64,000 bases of DNA, taken from Octopus sinensis. Its lineage: Eukaryota. Below are positions 13,499 to 26,777 of this stretch, one piece after another. A program made the position numbers and the translations under genes. Every line of letters starts with the position of its first letter. The first letter of the stretch is position 1. The DNA is taken from positions 70,618,001-70,682,000 of the forward strand of contig NC_043008.1 of assembly GCF_006345805.1 (NCBI RefSeq), read 5' to 3'. Under the pieces are notes generated by a model. The model did no database searches and was not told where the DNA came from. It saw nothing but the letters and a program-made list of their open reading frames with translations.

Positions 13499-13538
<40 letters not shown>

Positions 13539-13827
13539 TACCGAATTTAGAAATAGCTTTTACATGCTGAAATCTACTTGGTGTAATTGATAATTATCCC
13601 TAATTAATTAATTTCACCTTTTATTATTACTGATAACCATATTTTATCCCAGTAAATGACCACAGCATTTTGTCTTGGCTACACGCGGGTGGAAGGGGGC
13701 TGGTGACACAAACTTTCATTCAAACTTTGAATTTCGTGGTACTGGTCATGCTTTAGCTCGCTCTGAGTTGAGATGATGCATTCTAGTATCTCAAAATTTA
13801 ATATACAATTATTCATAATTGTAGTAT

Positions 13828-13919
13828 CCTGCGCCGATGAGAGAAGAAGTACGGGTAAAGTAGAATTTTCTAATTCTTACGCTATCCTAAAACTTGATCT
13901 CGAAACGTACGTCCGTAGG
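13828..13919 (+). ncRNA. Type I hammerhead ribozyme, U4C core variant, copy 1
   Basis: cctgcg-CCGATGA-gaga..tctc-GAAAC-gtac-GTC-cgtagg; 6-bp stem I, long stem II, palindromic stem III. Confidence 0.75.
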
Positions 13920-14411
13920 TAACGTAAAATTGCATGATGGATTGCCGTCATTTCATTCTTTCTTTCTTACCTGTCTGTGTTTGCCTTTCAAGTGCTGTGT
14001 TTTTACTGAGATCCCCCTTTTAGTAGAAGGAATAGCTATATCTCTTTGACTGCTATTTCTAAATTCTTGTGTGTGTTGGTGAGGCAATTCGTTGCTAAAC
14101 CCTTAATTACTTAGTATTACTTAAATTTTCCTCGAATGGGGCTTTTACATGCTGAAATCTACTTGGTGTAATTGATAATATCCCTAATTAATTAATTTCA
14201 CCTTTTATTATTACTGATAACCATATTTTATCCCAGTAAATGACCACAGCATTTTGTCTTGGCTACACGCGGGTGGAAGGGGGCTGGTGACACAAACTTT
14301 CATTCAAACTTTGAATTTCGTGGTACTGGTCATGCTTTAGCTCGCTCTGAGTTGAGATGATGCATTCTAGTATCTCAAAATTTAATATACAATTATTCAT
14401 AATTGTAGTAT

Positions 14412-14503
14412 CCTGCGCCGATGAGAGAAGAAGTACGGGTAAAGTAGAATTTTCTAATTCTTACGCTATCCTAAAACTTGATCTCGAAACGTACGTCCGT
14501 AGG
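14412..14503 (+). ncRNA. Type I hammerhead ribozyme, copy 2
   Basis: Identical to copy 1. Confidence 0.75.
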
Positions 14504-14991
14504 TAACGTAAAATTGCATGATGGATTGCCGTCATTTCATTCTTTCTTTCTTACCTGTCTGTGTTTGCCTTTCAAGTGCTGTGTTTTTACTGAGATCCCC
14601 CTTTTAGTAGAAGGAATAGCTATATCTCTTTGACTGCTATTTCTAAATTCGGTGTGTTGGTGAGGCAATTCGTTGCTAAACCTTAATTACTTAGTATTAC
14701 TTAAATTTTCCTCGAATGGGGTTTTACATGCTGAAATCTACTTGGTGTAATTGATAATTATCCCTAATTAATTAATTTCACCTTTTATTATTACTGATAA
14801 CCATATTTTATCCCAGTAAATGACCACAGCATTTTGTCTTGGCTACACGCGGGTGGAAGGGGGCTGGTGACACAAACTTTCATTCAAACTTTGAATTTCG
14901 TGGTACTGGTCATGCTTTAGCTCGCTCTGAGTTGAGATGATGCATTCTAGTATCTCAAAATTTAATATACAATTATTCATAATTGTAGTAT

Positions 14992-15086
14992 CCTGCGCCG
15001 ATGAGAGAAGAAGAAGTACGGGTAAAGTAGAATTTTCTAATTCTTACGCTATCCTAAAACTTGATCTCGAAACGTACGTCCGTAGG
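14992..15086 (+). ncRNA. Type I hammerhead ribozyme, copy 3
   Basis: As copy 1, with a 3-nt (aag) insertion in the stem II region. Confidence 0.75.
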
Positions 15087-15287
15087 TAACGTAAAATTGC
15101 ATGATGGATTGCCGTCATTTCATTCTTTCTTTCTTACCTGTCTGTGTTTGCCTTTCAAGTGCTGTGTTTTTACTGAGATCCCCCTTTTAGTAGAAGGAAT
15201 AGCTATATCTCTTTGACTGCTATTTCTAAATTCGGTGTGTTGGTGAGGCAATTCGTTGCTAAACCCTTAATTACTTAGTATATATAT

Positions 15288-15391
<104 letters not shown>

Positions 15392-15499
15392 ACATATATA
15401 CATATACATACACACTCTCACACACACAACACCACACACATATATATACAACACAACAGCCCACTAGACTGCATTAACTCTAAATTGGGGAAAGTGCAC

Positions 15500-16870
15500 C
15501 TAGCTTAGATATTGATTATATAATTGAGTATTTAGCATTATAGAAAACGAGTGTCACCTTTAAGGATGATAAAAGTATTTTCCTGAGCAATCCACCCACT
15601 GTACATATCAAAGCAAATAATCGTTCAAATAGGTATTGTTATTAAATATTTTTTAGACAAAATAATCACTGAAATTAAAGACATTTTCAGTTTACCATTA
15701 TGGAACAACAGTATTTCAGTTTATAAAGTGGTTCAATAACACCTAATAAACAAAAGATATATTCACCAAGTTTGATATAATAGATTATTACCCTTCAATT
15801 ACCAGATTCTGGCTGCAGAAAACATTAACTTTCATTAGCAATCACATTTCCATTAGTGAAACCGATATTAAAATCATTATGCCAGGGAGAAAATTGCTTT
15901 TATCATTCAGTAAAGAAAGATGGTAATTCTTCCTTTGATGTTAGTATGGGGTCAAGGGTTTCGGCAGAAATTGGTGAATTAATCTGTCTTTTTATATTAC
16001 TCCCGATACGCACGGAGTTTTAATTTTTTTTTATTTGACGGTTTATACCGTAATGATGGTTCTCTAAACTGCGTCATAAGAAAATTTATTTAATGACCTG
16101 AATTTGAAAATTACTGTTAGCATCATTGCTAAAATAGTTAATTCATGACTTCACATTTAATTTATGTTCTTGCAAATATTTCCCTTATAGATAACTTTAT
16201 CTCTAGAACCTCATTTGATGAAAATTTACTTGACTATACAGCAGAATGCCATAAAACAAATATTTATCATAGTGTGATATGAGAAGCAATAAGAAGACTC
16301 CCAGATCGAAAACACTGAATACTCAATATACTATAGTAAAATATTCCTCATAATTTTGATGCATTTGCTTTGGTAGAATTTACCCAAACGCTGTAAAAAT
16401 ATACCATATCATCACAAATAATATAAAACCTTTTAGCAATGCAATTTGAAGGTCAGGTATTCTAACCTAGCTAAAGTTGTGGGATTCTTATAGAAAATCA
16501 ACCGTATGAGGACTTGACTTTGCATACAGTCCATAATATATTGTTATTGATGATTAGTTAACGTACCAATTATTCAAGAAGAGTGGGCTTACCGGCTAAC
16601 CTATTTAAGTTGAAGTATTTAATTCATATACACAATTTCGGTAACATTGCAAGATGAACAGACACTTACGTGTCAAAATATTGTTGAGAAGTTCGAAAAG
16701 AAACACCAATTTCAACTTCAAATGGCACATTTTGAATCATCCTAAAGTATTCGACTAATTTTTCAGACTTTGGAAATAGCGCACCTTCGAGAAATGCAAA
16801 AGGTTGCTCTATAAATAGACACGGTCATCATTTCTAAGGAAATATGCTATTTCATCGTAATTTTTTAAAT
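15500..16870 (+). mobile_element. Decayed Penelope-like element (Naiad-like RT/GIY-YIG), copy 1
   Basis: FDVSMGSRVSAEIGELI (RT motif, compare 54370 DVKMGNSDGAEIA) and a gly-RNDG remnant of the catalytic motif; many stops and frameshifts. Confidence 0.65.
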
Positions 16871-17069
16871 CATAACAAAAACTCTTCTATTTGAGTATAC
16901 GCGTTAGTCACTCTTGGCCCCCTGTTGATCCATATTTTCTACATGTAAACTTATTCGTATATTTTCTTAGAATTATTTTCTACTGTTACACGCGAAACAT
17001 ACCAATTATCTACATTATTTACTTTATTTACATTTTACAGATATTTGTCCTGATCTTGTTTGTTGTTAA

Positions 17070-17113
17070 TACAACGTTTCGGCTGATATACCCTTCAGCC
17101 TTCATCAGATGTC
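17070..17113 (-). ncRNA. PLE-type hammerhead motif
   Basis: Reverse complement CTGATGA-a-ggctga-agggtata-tcagcc-GAAAC-gtt-GTA; 6-bp stem II, poor stem I. Confidence 0.6.
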
Positions 17114-17389
17114 TTGGGGAAGTTTAGCACAAGTAATCAAGGACCAACTACCGTTTATTTTCCATTTATAAGATATACAGTCACACACACACACGTACAA
17201 GCACACAAACACACGCGCACACACACTTATATACATATATATGTGTGTACATATATATATATATATATATATACATATAAACATATATACATATACATAC
17301 ACACTCTCACACACACCAACACACACACACATATATATACAACACAACAGCCCACTAGACTGCATTAACTCTAAAATTGGGGAAAGTGC

Positions 17390-18750
17390 ACCTAGCTTAG
17401 ATATTGATTATATAATTGAGTATTTAGCATTATAGAAAACGAGTGTCACCTTTAAGGATGATAAAAGTATTTTCCTGAGCAATCCACCCACTGTACATAT
17501 CAAAGCAAATAATCGTTCAAATAGGTATTGTTATTAAATATTTTTTAGACAAAATAATCACTGAAATTAAAGACATTTTCAGTTTACCATTATGGAACAA
17601 CAGTATTTCAGTTTATAAAGTGGTTCAATAACACCTAATAAACAAAAGATATATTCACCAAGTTTGATATAATAGATTATTACCCTTCAATTACCAGATT
17701 CTGGCTGCAGAAAACATTAACTTTCATTAGCAATCACATTTCCATTAGTGAAACCGATATTAAAATCATTATGCCAGGGAGAAAATTGCTTTTATCATTC
17801 AGTAAAGAAAGATGGTAATTCTTCCTTTGATGTTAGTATGGGGTCAAGGGTTTCGGCAGAAATTGGTGAATTAATCTGTCTTTTTATATTACTCCCGATA
17901 CGCACGGAGTTTTAATTTTTTTTTATTTGACGGTTTATACCGTAATGATGGTTCTCTAAACTGCGTCATAAGAAAATTTATTTAATGACCTGAATTTGAA
18001 AATTACTGTTAGCATCATTGCTAAAATAGTTATTCATGACTTCACATTTAATTTATGTTCTTGCAAATATTTCCCTTATAGATAACTTTATCTCTAGAAC
18101 CTCATTTGATGAAAATTTACTTGACTATACAGCAGAATGCCATAAAACAAATATTTATCATAGTGTGATATGAGAAGCAATAAGAAGACTCCCAGATCGA
18201 AAACACTGAATACTCAATATACTATAGTAAAATATTCCTCATAATTTTGATGCATTTGCTTTGGTAGAATTTACCCAAACGCTGTAAAAATATACCATAT
18301 CATCACAAATAATATAAAACCTTTTAGCAATGCAATTTGAAGGTCAGGTATTCTAAGTTGTGGGATTCTTATAGAAAATCAACCGTATGAGGACTTGACT
18401 TTGCATACAGTCCATAATATATTGTTATTGATGATTAGTTAACGTACCAATTATTCAAGAAGAGTGGGCTTACCGGCTAACCTATTTAAGTTGAAGTATT
18501 TAATTCATATACACAATTTCGGTAACATTGCAAGATGAACAGACACTTACGTGTCAAAATATTGTTGAGAAGTTCGAAAAGAAACACCAATTTCAACTTC
18601 AAATGGCACATTTTGAATCATCCTAAAGTATTCGACTAATTTTTCAGACTTTGGAAATAGCGCACCTTCGAGAAATGCAAAAGGTTGCTCTATAAATAGA
18701 CACGGTCATCATTTCTAAGGAAATATGCTATTTCATCGTAATTTTTTAAA
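17390..18750 (+). mobile_element. Decayed Penelope-like element, copy 2
   Basis: Duplicate of 15500-16870. Confidence 0.65.
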
Positions 18751-18950
18751 TCATAACAAAAACTCTTCTATTTGAGTATACGCGTTAGTCACTCTTGGCC
18801 CCCTGTTGATCCATATTTTCTACATGTAAACTTATTCGTATATTTTCTTAGAATTATTTTCTACTGTTACACGCGAAACATACCAATTATCTACATTATT
18901 TACTTTATTTACATTTTACAGATATTTGTCCTGATCTTGTTTGTTGTTAA

Positions 18951-18994
18951 TACAACGTTTCGGCTGATATACCCTTCAGCCTTCATCAGATGTC
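18951..18994 (-). ncRNA. PLE-type hammerhead motif (duplicate)
   Basis: Identical to 17070-17113. Confidence 0.6.
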
Positions 18995-20173
18995 TTGGGG
19001 AAGTTTAGCACAAGTAATCAAGGACCAACTACCGTTTATTTTCCATTTATAAGATATACAGTCACACACACACACGTACAAGCACACAAACACACGCGCA
19101 CACACACTTATATACATATATATGTGTGTACATATATATATATATATATATACACTTATATATATATAGCTGTACATTTGCATACATATCTATATTCCAT
19201 GCGTACATACACTTATATATTTTGTATTGAAAACAGAACTGTGCTATTGTTTTATTATTTTATTATTGTTGATGATACATTAGTATTAGATTAAATATCA
19301 CCATTAAATTTAAATATGGTGTTGAAACGTAACCTGGTAAGAAGTTAAAAACAAACAATGAAACTGATAAACGGAATGGTAACACTCCACCAAACCATTT
19401 TGTTAGTGTGAGGGTTGGAAACTTCATGACTCCAAATGTCATAATATACTTTCACGACGGTTTACTTGTAAGCGACAATAATAATGCATTGCGTCACACA
19501 GCATAAGACCCTACATAGGAAAAGGTTAGTAAATAATTTCTGTATAGTATATAGAATTCCCGAGGAATGTGGAGGATTTATGATTAAACAATGCTGGTAG
19601 CACACTATATTGCAAACGGATAAAACACGCCGGCTAGTAACAGAAATGCGCACCAATAGTTAATAATTGAAATGCAGGCGGAAAAGTCTACTCCAATCAC
19701 ATTAAGTTCGTCTGTTCTAGAGAGGCTAGAACCTAGCCAACGCCACTTCGTTCAGTATATCAAGACAAGGAGGCGATGGTTTGGTGGAGTGTTACCATTC
19801 CTAACAAACGGCTGGGACTCATGCGAAAAAGAAAGAGAAAACTAGAATGCATTCGTATTTTCATTTCAACATTGATAAAATCTGATGCACACACATACAC
19901 ACACACGTGCACATGCATACACACGCACCCCACACACTCTTATACACACATTCTTATACTCCTACACACATTCTTATACACGCATACACACTCTTATACG
20001 CACACACACATGAAATGGCAGTGTGCCGTATTGGCCTTAGATATGATGGCTAAGGAAAACTAAAAAACATACATACATACATACACACTTACGGCACATG
20101 CACGTAGATGTATATACAGGTGTCAAAAACAGCATGCTATCAAGTCGTTTTAATCAAAATCTGAAGCACTTAC

Positions 20174-20326
20174 TTTCCATTGTAGAATAGTCATTACTGG
20201 CTGATTGTCGATACCACGTGACGTTTGGGTGTGGAATACCAGTAACATTGCATATTAATGTAACTGTGTCACCTTCTCGTACCTCCATATCTGTACTGGA
20301 CAAATGACTGATTATTGTTGGTGGCA
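20174..20326 (-). CDS. Internal exon of an Ig-superfamily cell-adhesion protein (lachesin/IgLON/DIP-like, first half of an I-set domain)
   Basis: VPPTIISHLSSTDMEVREGDTVTLICNVTGIPHPNVTWYR; polypyrimidine tract and cacag acceptor, gtaagt donor, 153 nt, phase 1-1. Confidence 0.88.
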
Positions 20327-20604
20327 CTGTGGTAAAAAAAAACAAGCAAACACAAAGATGAAAAACAAGAATATGAAAATAGTTAGTAACATAGAAACAC
20401 ATGTACGTACATAAATGCATACATACTTACACATATGCATATGCACATCTATCGATCTCGCTCGATATATGTGTGTGTGCATGCATATACATACATATAG
20501 AAAGGGGTATTGAAAACTTCCTGATTTTAGGTAAAAGAAAATACAGAAGCAGCAGTTAATTATGGTTTTGTTTAGCATATTTCTGATAATCATATACTGA
20601 TATT

Positions 20605-20675
<71 letters not shown>

Positions 20676-20684
20676 TGTGTGTTC

Positions 20685-20866
20685 TTTTCTTTGTTTCAGC
20701 CATTTGACTGCAGTCATGCTGGAACATCGCTTTTAGTCGAACAAATCGACCCCAGGATTAGTGCTTATTCTATCGGTCTCTTTTTGCCGAACCGCTAAGT
20801 GACGGGGATGTAAACACGTCAACATCGGATGTCAATCGATGGTAGAGGTGCAAACACAGACACAAA
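20685..20866 (-). mobile_element. SINE family A, 3' half
   Basis: Matches the reverse complement of 24530-24720. Confidence 0.75.
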
Positions 20867-20889
20867 TAACAGAGTTACTACATATGTGG

Positions 20890-21806
20890 GAGATTCTGTC
20901 TGTGGGTGTGTTTGTGGAGTTGTTAGGTAACTCCTCCTACGCCATTTTATCGATTTTGATGAAACTTTAAGTGTGAATAGAACTCATGTGTGGAAACTTC
21001 ATGGCATACTCAGATTGTTGAAAAAAAATCGATAATAGGGCTACTGGAAGGGATCCTTTTATATATCTAATATATTTAATTTTAACAGCCAAGAGAAATA
21101 ACCCATTCACGCAGATTTTAACAGCCAAGGGAAATGATCCATTCGGCCAGATTTTAACTGCTAAGGGAAATAACCCATTCATTTTCCTAAATCATTTGGT
21201 ATAAATCAAATTCAGTATGCTTATTTCTTAGTATTTGAACTGTTAGAGTTATTTTCGGAATATATCCAGTACAGCCTTTAAACAAGTAAATAGTATTTTC
21301 CTAAACAATAGATCCACTTATTTCGGTTAGTGACTTATTCACGAATATACCAACACTAGCGCCACTCAGGATAATATTCTCTGGGAACACACAAAAGCCC
21401 TTTACAGAGTTATTTATTTTGAATTGTTATTATCTGATACCTGATTAGCCTGTTATTACGTAAAATGCTTCATGATTTAGTAGACATAACTTAGTATTTC
21501 CTCCTATGTTCTATATACGCTGGAAACAAACTAAAGCCCTTGTCGGGGTTACTTTATTTGAATTCTTACTATCGGGTAACTAATTTCATTTTATTACGTA
21601 ACCGGCTTCACAATTTGGGTATTCATAACTTATTGCGAATCCCTAAACAAGAACTGTCTTAGTTCGGTATTCTTAATAAATGCACAAAAATCGTTTTAAA
21701 GGTTACATATTTTGTATTGTTGTTATTGGATTAGCGAAACAATTATGAGAACGGAACTAAAGGATGAGCGCCGCTTTCCCGGGAATTACCGGGTACGTCA
21801 GCTAAT
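20890..21806 (+). mobile_element. Non-autonomous Helitron-like element with internal ~35-bp tandem repeats
   Basis: 5' ctgtctgt..taactcctcc as in the 33324 element; 3' hairpin cccggg-aatta-ccggg followed by gctaat; repeats attttaacagccaagggaaataacccattc at 21080-21180. Confidence 0.55.
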
Positions 21807-21813
21807 ACACCCA

Positions 21814-21874
<61 letters not shown>

Positions 21875-23744
21875 TATATATATACCTGCGCCTAGGAGCC
21901 ACAAACACACACATTTCTTCGAATCTATATGAAACCCTGCGTGTGGTAGTTTGCCGTGCAGAAAATATATCAAAAGTAGAGTAATCATATTCATAATATA
22001 TTGAAGCTTTATCCCTACGTTCTTCCAGCTGTAATCTTGAAAGCCACCCTCTGTGGAACACGTCAGAGTTCTACAGTGGCTGGAGAAATTATTCTAATTA
22101 ATGTAAAAAAAGTGTTGAGCAATATAAATAAGTAATATTAGCTGCAGCTCATGTATTATATGGAAAATGACAGTTTATATTATGGAAAACCAGCAGTCTA
22201 CATATTTAGTGAAGATTTAAATTAGTAATACATTAATTTTTGCGATGATAGCATATATGACAGCAAAGCTTTACATCTTCGTATTAATGCTAAGAATTTG
22301 AATACCATATGGTTTTAGATCATAATTTCGCAATTAAAATTAAAAATGAGCATAATGGAGGCAAATGATAGATTAGTTCACCTAAGCACGGCTCTCTAGT
22401 TGAGTTTAGCTGAATTATATATTCCTTTAGTTGTAATGATTTTGATGATGACTAGATGTAAAACAATACAAGCTAGTCTGGATTGTAATGCTCTATTAGC
22501 TGACACTGGGGATGTCATCAGTGTGTGCGTGTATCTGTGTGTGTATGTGTGTGTGTGTGTGTGTACCAGTAGCATTTGTATGCATGTGAGTATTTAACTT
22601 CCTCTTAGAACTTCAATATAACAGAAGATAACAGATTCATAGATGTACGAGTGTGCGTATATGCCAGTAGCATTAGTTTGAATCTCTCTCTCCTTTTCTC
22701 TTTGTATTGCACGTTCAGTTTTATCTTCCCCTCTCCACAGCGTGACAGATTGGTGTGATAGATTGTTTATACCGCAGGAATCTGTCCTTAGCACTGATAT
22801 AATATAACAATAACTTGTAAACTATAAGCTACAGTGATCTGAGTTAGTAGTCGAGGCTGAACTTGTCTCACAACAGTATTTGTACATGCTTTTCTATTTT
22901 CAATGTTTATGAAAACTGCCTCAGTTGGATAGGTCATGCAGCGTAAATAAAAGATGTGTGAACTGTATAAGTTCAAATGATCTGTGGTATCGCAATTGAT
23001 AGCTGGTCTGCTTGGCTGTTCTATATATTTGTAAAAGGTTTGACTTGTTCTGGTAACTAGGCCATCTGCGGTCATTCTATGAAAATGTCAGTGAGAAGTA
23101 CTTGTTTGTAGAGAAACCAGAGCCGTTGAAGCGGAATTCTTCAGAATACCAGTCAATAGAAAAGAAATTTGATTCTTTGAAATATTCTTTCTCTAGAATA
23201 GTCCATTGTTTGGGTCAATCCATTGCTTAATTTCTGATCTTTTTAGCAGAATATTCAATAAAAAACAAAGTTCGAATTTATGTGCCGAAACACATATTTG
23301 TTGAGGATGTAAAATTACTAGTTACGCGAACAGTACTAAAATAATTTTGTGCGCGTGCAAGTCTTGTGTGAGCGACAGTTATTACCTATGGATGCCCATT
23401 GGTGACATCAGTCATGTAAACGACATTCTGGTGAGTGTTCATAATTTTAGGACATGAATTCGTTTGGTAAATGGCATTAGGGAAGCAATTACATCATTAA
23501 AGGATCATTTTCGTCATTTAAGAATACAAAACCTGAAATAATTGCTCGTCATCTTTTCCTTAATATTATTGTCAATTAAAAAGTGATTGAAAAAAATTTT
23601 GTATTTCTGTGGTGTTGCGACGGATGCAATTTTACTGTGTCTCATGTACCTCATTCAATGGAACAAAATACAGATGTCACTGATCAAACAGTTGGAATGC
23701 GATCAAGCCATTTAATACTTCGTAAAACTGAAATGGTTTCTGAT

Positions 23745-23920
23745 TTAGATGCAAGGCCAATAATTTTGGGGAGACGGGTCTAGTTGATGTCATCATCCAT
23801 AGTACTTGACCGTTACTTTGTTTTATCCACCGTAAAATGATGAAAGACAAAGGTGACCTAGGTGGGATTTGAACTCTGAGTGTAAACAGTCGGATAAGTT
23901 GCGGCAAGACATTTTGTCCA
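23745..23920 (-). mobile_element. SINE family B, decayed
   Basis: Similar to 11785-11976. Confidence 0.6.
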
Positions 23921-24250
23921 ACAATCTAACATGTATTTCAGAGAACTATATAACTAAATAAAGAAAACGCGAATACAACCGTGAATACAACAGGTTTTTG
24001 TGGTTAATTATATGGTAAAAAGTGTTTACTACTATATAATTGTTTTAATATCTTACTTGTAACACACACACACACATCTTTTAACTTTTTCCGCCTCCTC
24101 CAATACAACCGTATCAGGATAATTACCCTCGGCGACAATTACCCTCATGAAAATGATCTCCCTTGGTTAAATCCCTCCTTTCCAGTATATTAAAAAGTTT
24201 TAAATTATCACCTAAAAGTGCAAATTAAACATTTTTAGAGTTCTTAACAC

Positions 24251-25191
24251 TCCATATTTTCCGGTCTATAAAACGCATCGGTATTTAAGAAGCAAGGCCG
24301 AATTTTGGGGAAAATTTTGGTTTTATTCTCACATAGGCGTAGGAGTGGCTGTGCGGTAAGTAGTTTGCTTACGAACCACATGGTTCCAGGTTCAGTCCCA
24401 CTGCGTGGCATCATGGGTAAGTGTCTTCTACCATAGTCTCGGGCCGACCAAAGCCTTGTGAGTGGATTTGGTAGACGGAAACTGAAAGAAGCCCGTCGTA
24501 TATATGTATGTGTGTATATGTTTGTGTGTCTGTGTTTGTCTCCCCCCCACATCGATTGACAACCGATGCTAGTGTGTTTACGTCCCTGTAACTTAACGGT
24601 TCGGCAAAAGAGACCGATAGAATAAGTACTAGGCCTAAAAGAATAAGTCCTGGTGTCGATTTGCTCGACTAAAGGCGGTGCTCTAGCATGGCCACAGTCA
24701 CATGACTGAAACAAGTAAAAGAGTAAAGAGTAAAAAGAGTACATAAAGAGCAACGATGTTTGAAGCTCACCGGTGTTTAAAAGACCTATTGAGTTACGGG
24801 TCCGCGGCTAGCATTTTTGTTGACGCGTATGCAGTTTCAAAATGCCTTATTTTACAACTATGAGATTTTTATCTGACTATAATCAACAACAAAAAAAATT
24901 CAATATTAAAGTCTTTATCAGATTAAAAATAACATTATCAAAACATGGAAGTAAAACAAAACAAATATGCTTTTTCTTCCGGGTATCGATGTACTGTAGC
25001 CGTAGTCTTTCACTTTGTTCACCGAACGGTCTTTCCTCTGAAAAAATCAGTGGAATCAGTCGATCTCCATACACAAATTAACTTCCTCCTGAAACTTATA
25101 AAAACTACACAGACTAGGTGTACCTTTCTCTAAAGAGCACACTAAATTTCCGAGGTAGAAAATAGCGGTTTAGACACCAGAAAATACGGTA
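24251..25191 (+). mobile_element. Non-autonomous pogo/Tigger-like DNA transposon
   Basis: TIRs tccatattttccggtctataaaacgc / gcggtttagacaccagaaaatacggta; interrupted by a SINE. Confidence 0.6.
24333..24745 (+). mobile_element. SINE family A, full length (reference copy)
   Basis: tRNA-like head (tggctgtgcggtaag ... ggttcagtccc), CORE-like tgggtaagtgtctt, internal microsatellite, LINE-like tail and (AAAGAGT)n end. Confidence 0.88.
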
Positions 25192-25384
25192 TACATCAGG
25201 CGTTAACTACTTAGGGGGTAGTTGTCTTAGGAAGTTGTTGTCCTCAGGGGTTATTGGCCATGGGGGTAAATGTTTTAAATTCAATACAACACCTCATTTT
25301 ACAATGCGCATGTTGCCCATATAAAAACAGACTCATGCGACTATGAAATCCTTGCTCATCCTCCTTACTCTCACGACCTCGCAC

Positions 25385-25653
25385 CATGTTACTTCCACCT
25401 CTTTCCAACCATGAAGTCTTTTTTTGAAGGTGAAGCACTTTTTGGATGATGATGATGGATTTATTTCCGAGGTAACGTCTTGGCTCCAGATGCAACCTAC
25501 CGACTTCTACAGACGAGCTCTTCACAGCTGCATTAAGCAATGGGTGAAGTGTGTTACCATTGGTGGTGGCCAGAGAAGGACTAATAAGGAGCCACGTTTC
25601 GTTTATCTCAGTTCTTAGGAAATGGGTCAAGCGAAACCTTTAATGAACACCCG

Positions 25654-25657
<4 letters not shown>
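25385..25657 (+). mobile_element. Mariner 3' fragment
   Basis: Similar to 59085-59354 (FHLFP.MK...FISEVTSWL...CIKQWVKCV). Confidence 0.75.
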
Positions 25658-25691
<34 letters not shown>

Positions 25692-25695
<4 letters not shown>

Positions 25696-25832
25696 GCTTT
25701 TTTCAGTTTCCGTCTTTGGTCAGTCCGCGGTGATACTAGAAGAAACATGCCCAAAGTGTCACGCTGTGGACTGACACCAAAACTGTGTGGTTAGAAATCA
25801 AGTTTCTTACCACACGGCCAGGTCTGCGCCTA
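25692..25832 (-). mobile_element. SINE family A, 5' half
   Basis: Reverse complement of the family A head. Confidence 0.65.
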
Positions 25833-26777
25833 TCTACGTATTTATATAGATATCAAACATCTATTAATCTATTATACCCTGACAATGATATTTTATTTGA
25901 AGTTAAGGAAATGAGAGGAGGAACTTATAATGATTACAGGTCAGATTCGCAAATTTATGAGACTGATATTGTTGCTGGTCATTTCGAACATCAGCAGGAC
26001 AGTGTCCAATTTTGTGTCGGCTTAGTCTAGTCAGATATGTCCATAGGTTTTTATAGGTTACTGGAAGCCAATGAGATTAACACGGTTAATGATTATCACA
26101 AAGAAGTGCAGGCTCACGGCTGCTGGGAAAAAAACCTGAACAAAGAGAAATTCTAGAATTAGCAGATCAGTAGCAGCACTGTGCCATAGATGTAGTCAGT
26201 ACTCGAATCTTGGGTCGTGGGTCACATTCTAAAGAAGTTTATAAAATGATAATGGCTGAAGTATTTTTTGAAATTGCAGAGGAAGTTTTGGCTTTGTAAG
26301 GTAGTTTCAGTTGCAGAATTGATATGTGAAATGACAAGAGGTTATGAGGTCTTGCAATCATTGGTAATATATAGTTATATTTTCCGGACTAGAAATAGTT
26401 ACATATAGGACTGTTGTGTTGGTATGTGTTGCGCTTATACATATACATACACACATAAATACATGCATTGATACATTAGAAGATAAATGCATACATACGA
26501 ACATATAAACACACATTTACACATACTTAAATACATGTATACCTAATACAATTAGTACAAATTGACGCTCTCTGTTTGCGTACATTAAATGTCCTATTGT
26601 ATAATGTTGCAGTTTCCATTCGTCAACGAACAGGAATAACAGAAATTGATAAAAGTGAGAACACACAACTAAAGTGGATTACAATCCCCACCTGCAAAAA
26701 TTTACAACCAACCGTCTGATCCAGGAAACAGAAATGTCTGGCAACTGGATATTATTATAAGAGTCAAAGTAAATAAT

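Larger units (their letters stand above)
13541..15278 (+). repeat. Tandem array of three ~583-bp HHR-containing units (retrozyme/pLTR-like)
   Basis: Near-identical units starting ttttacatgctgaaatc at ~13558, ~14143 and ~14722; 17-bp inverted piece at 13541-13557; (TA)n on both sides. Confidence 0.92.

Noticed and set aside
21080-21180. 35-bp repeats as a CRISPR or iteron array
   Set aside because: Contiguous tandem units inside a Helitron-like element.
23190-23225. DPNNGLF (HECT-like) peptide on the minus strand
   Set aside because: Too short, followed by a stop, no further HECT motifs.
24333-24410. tRNA gene
   Set aside because: A/B-box-like head of a multi-copy SINE; no complete cloverleaf.
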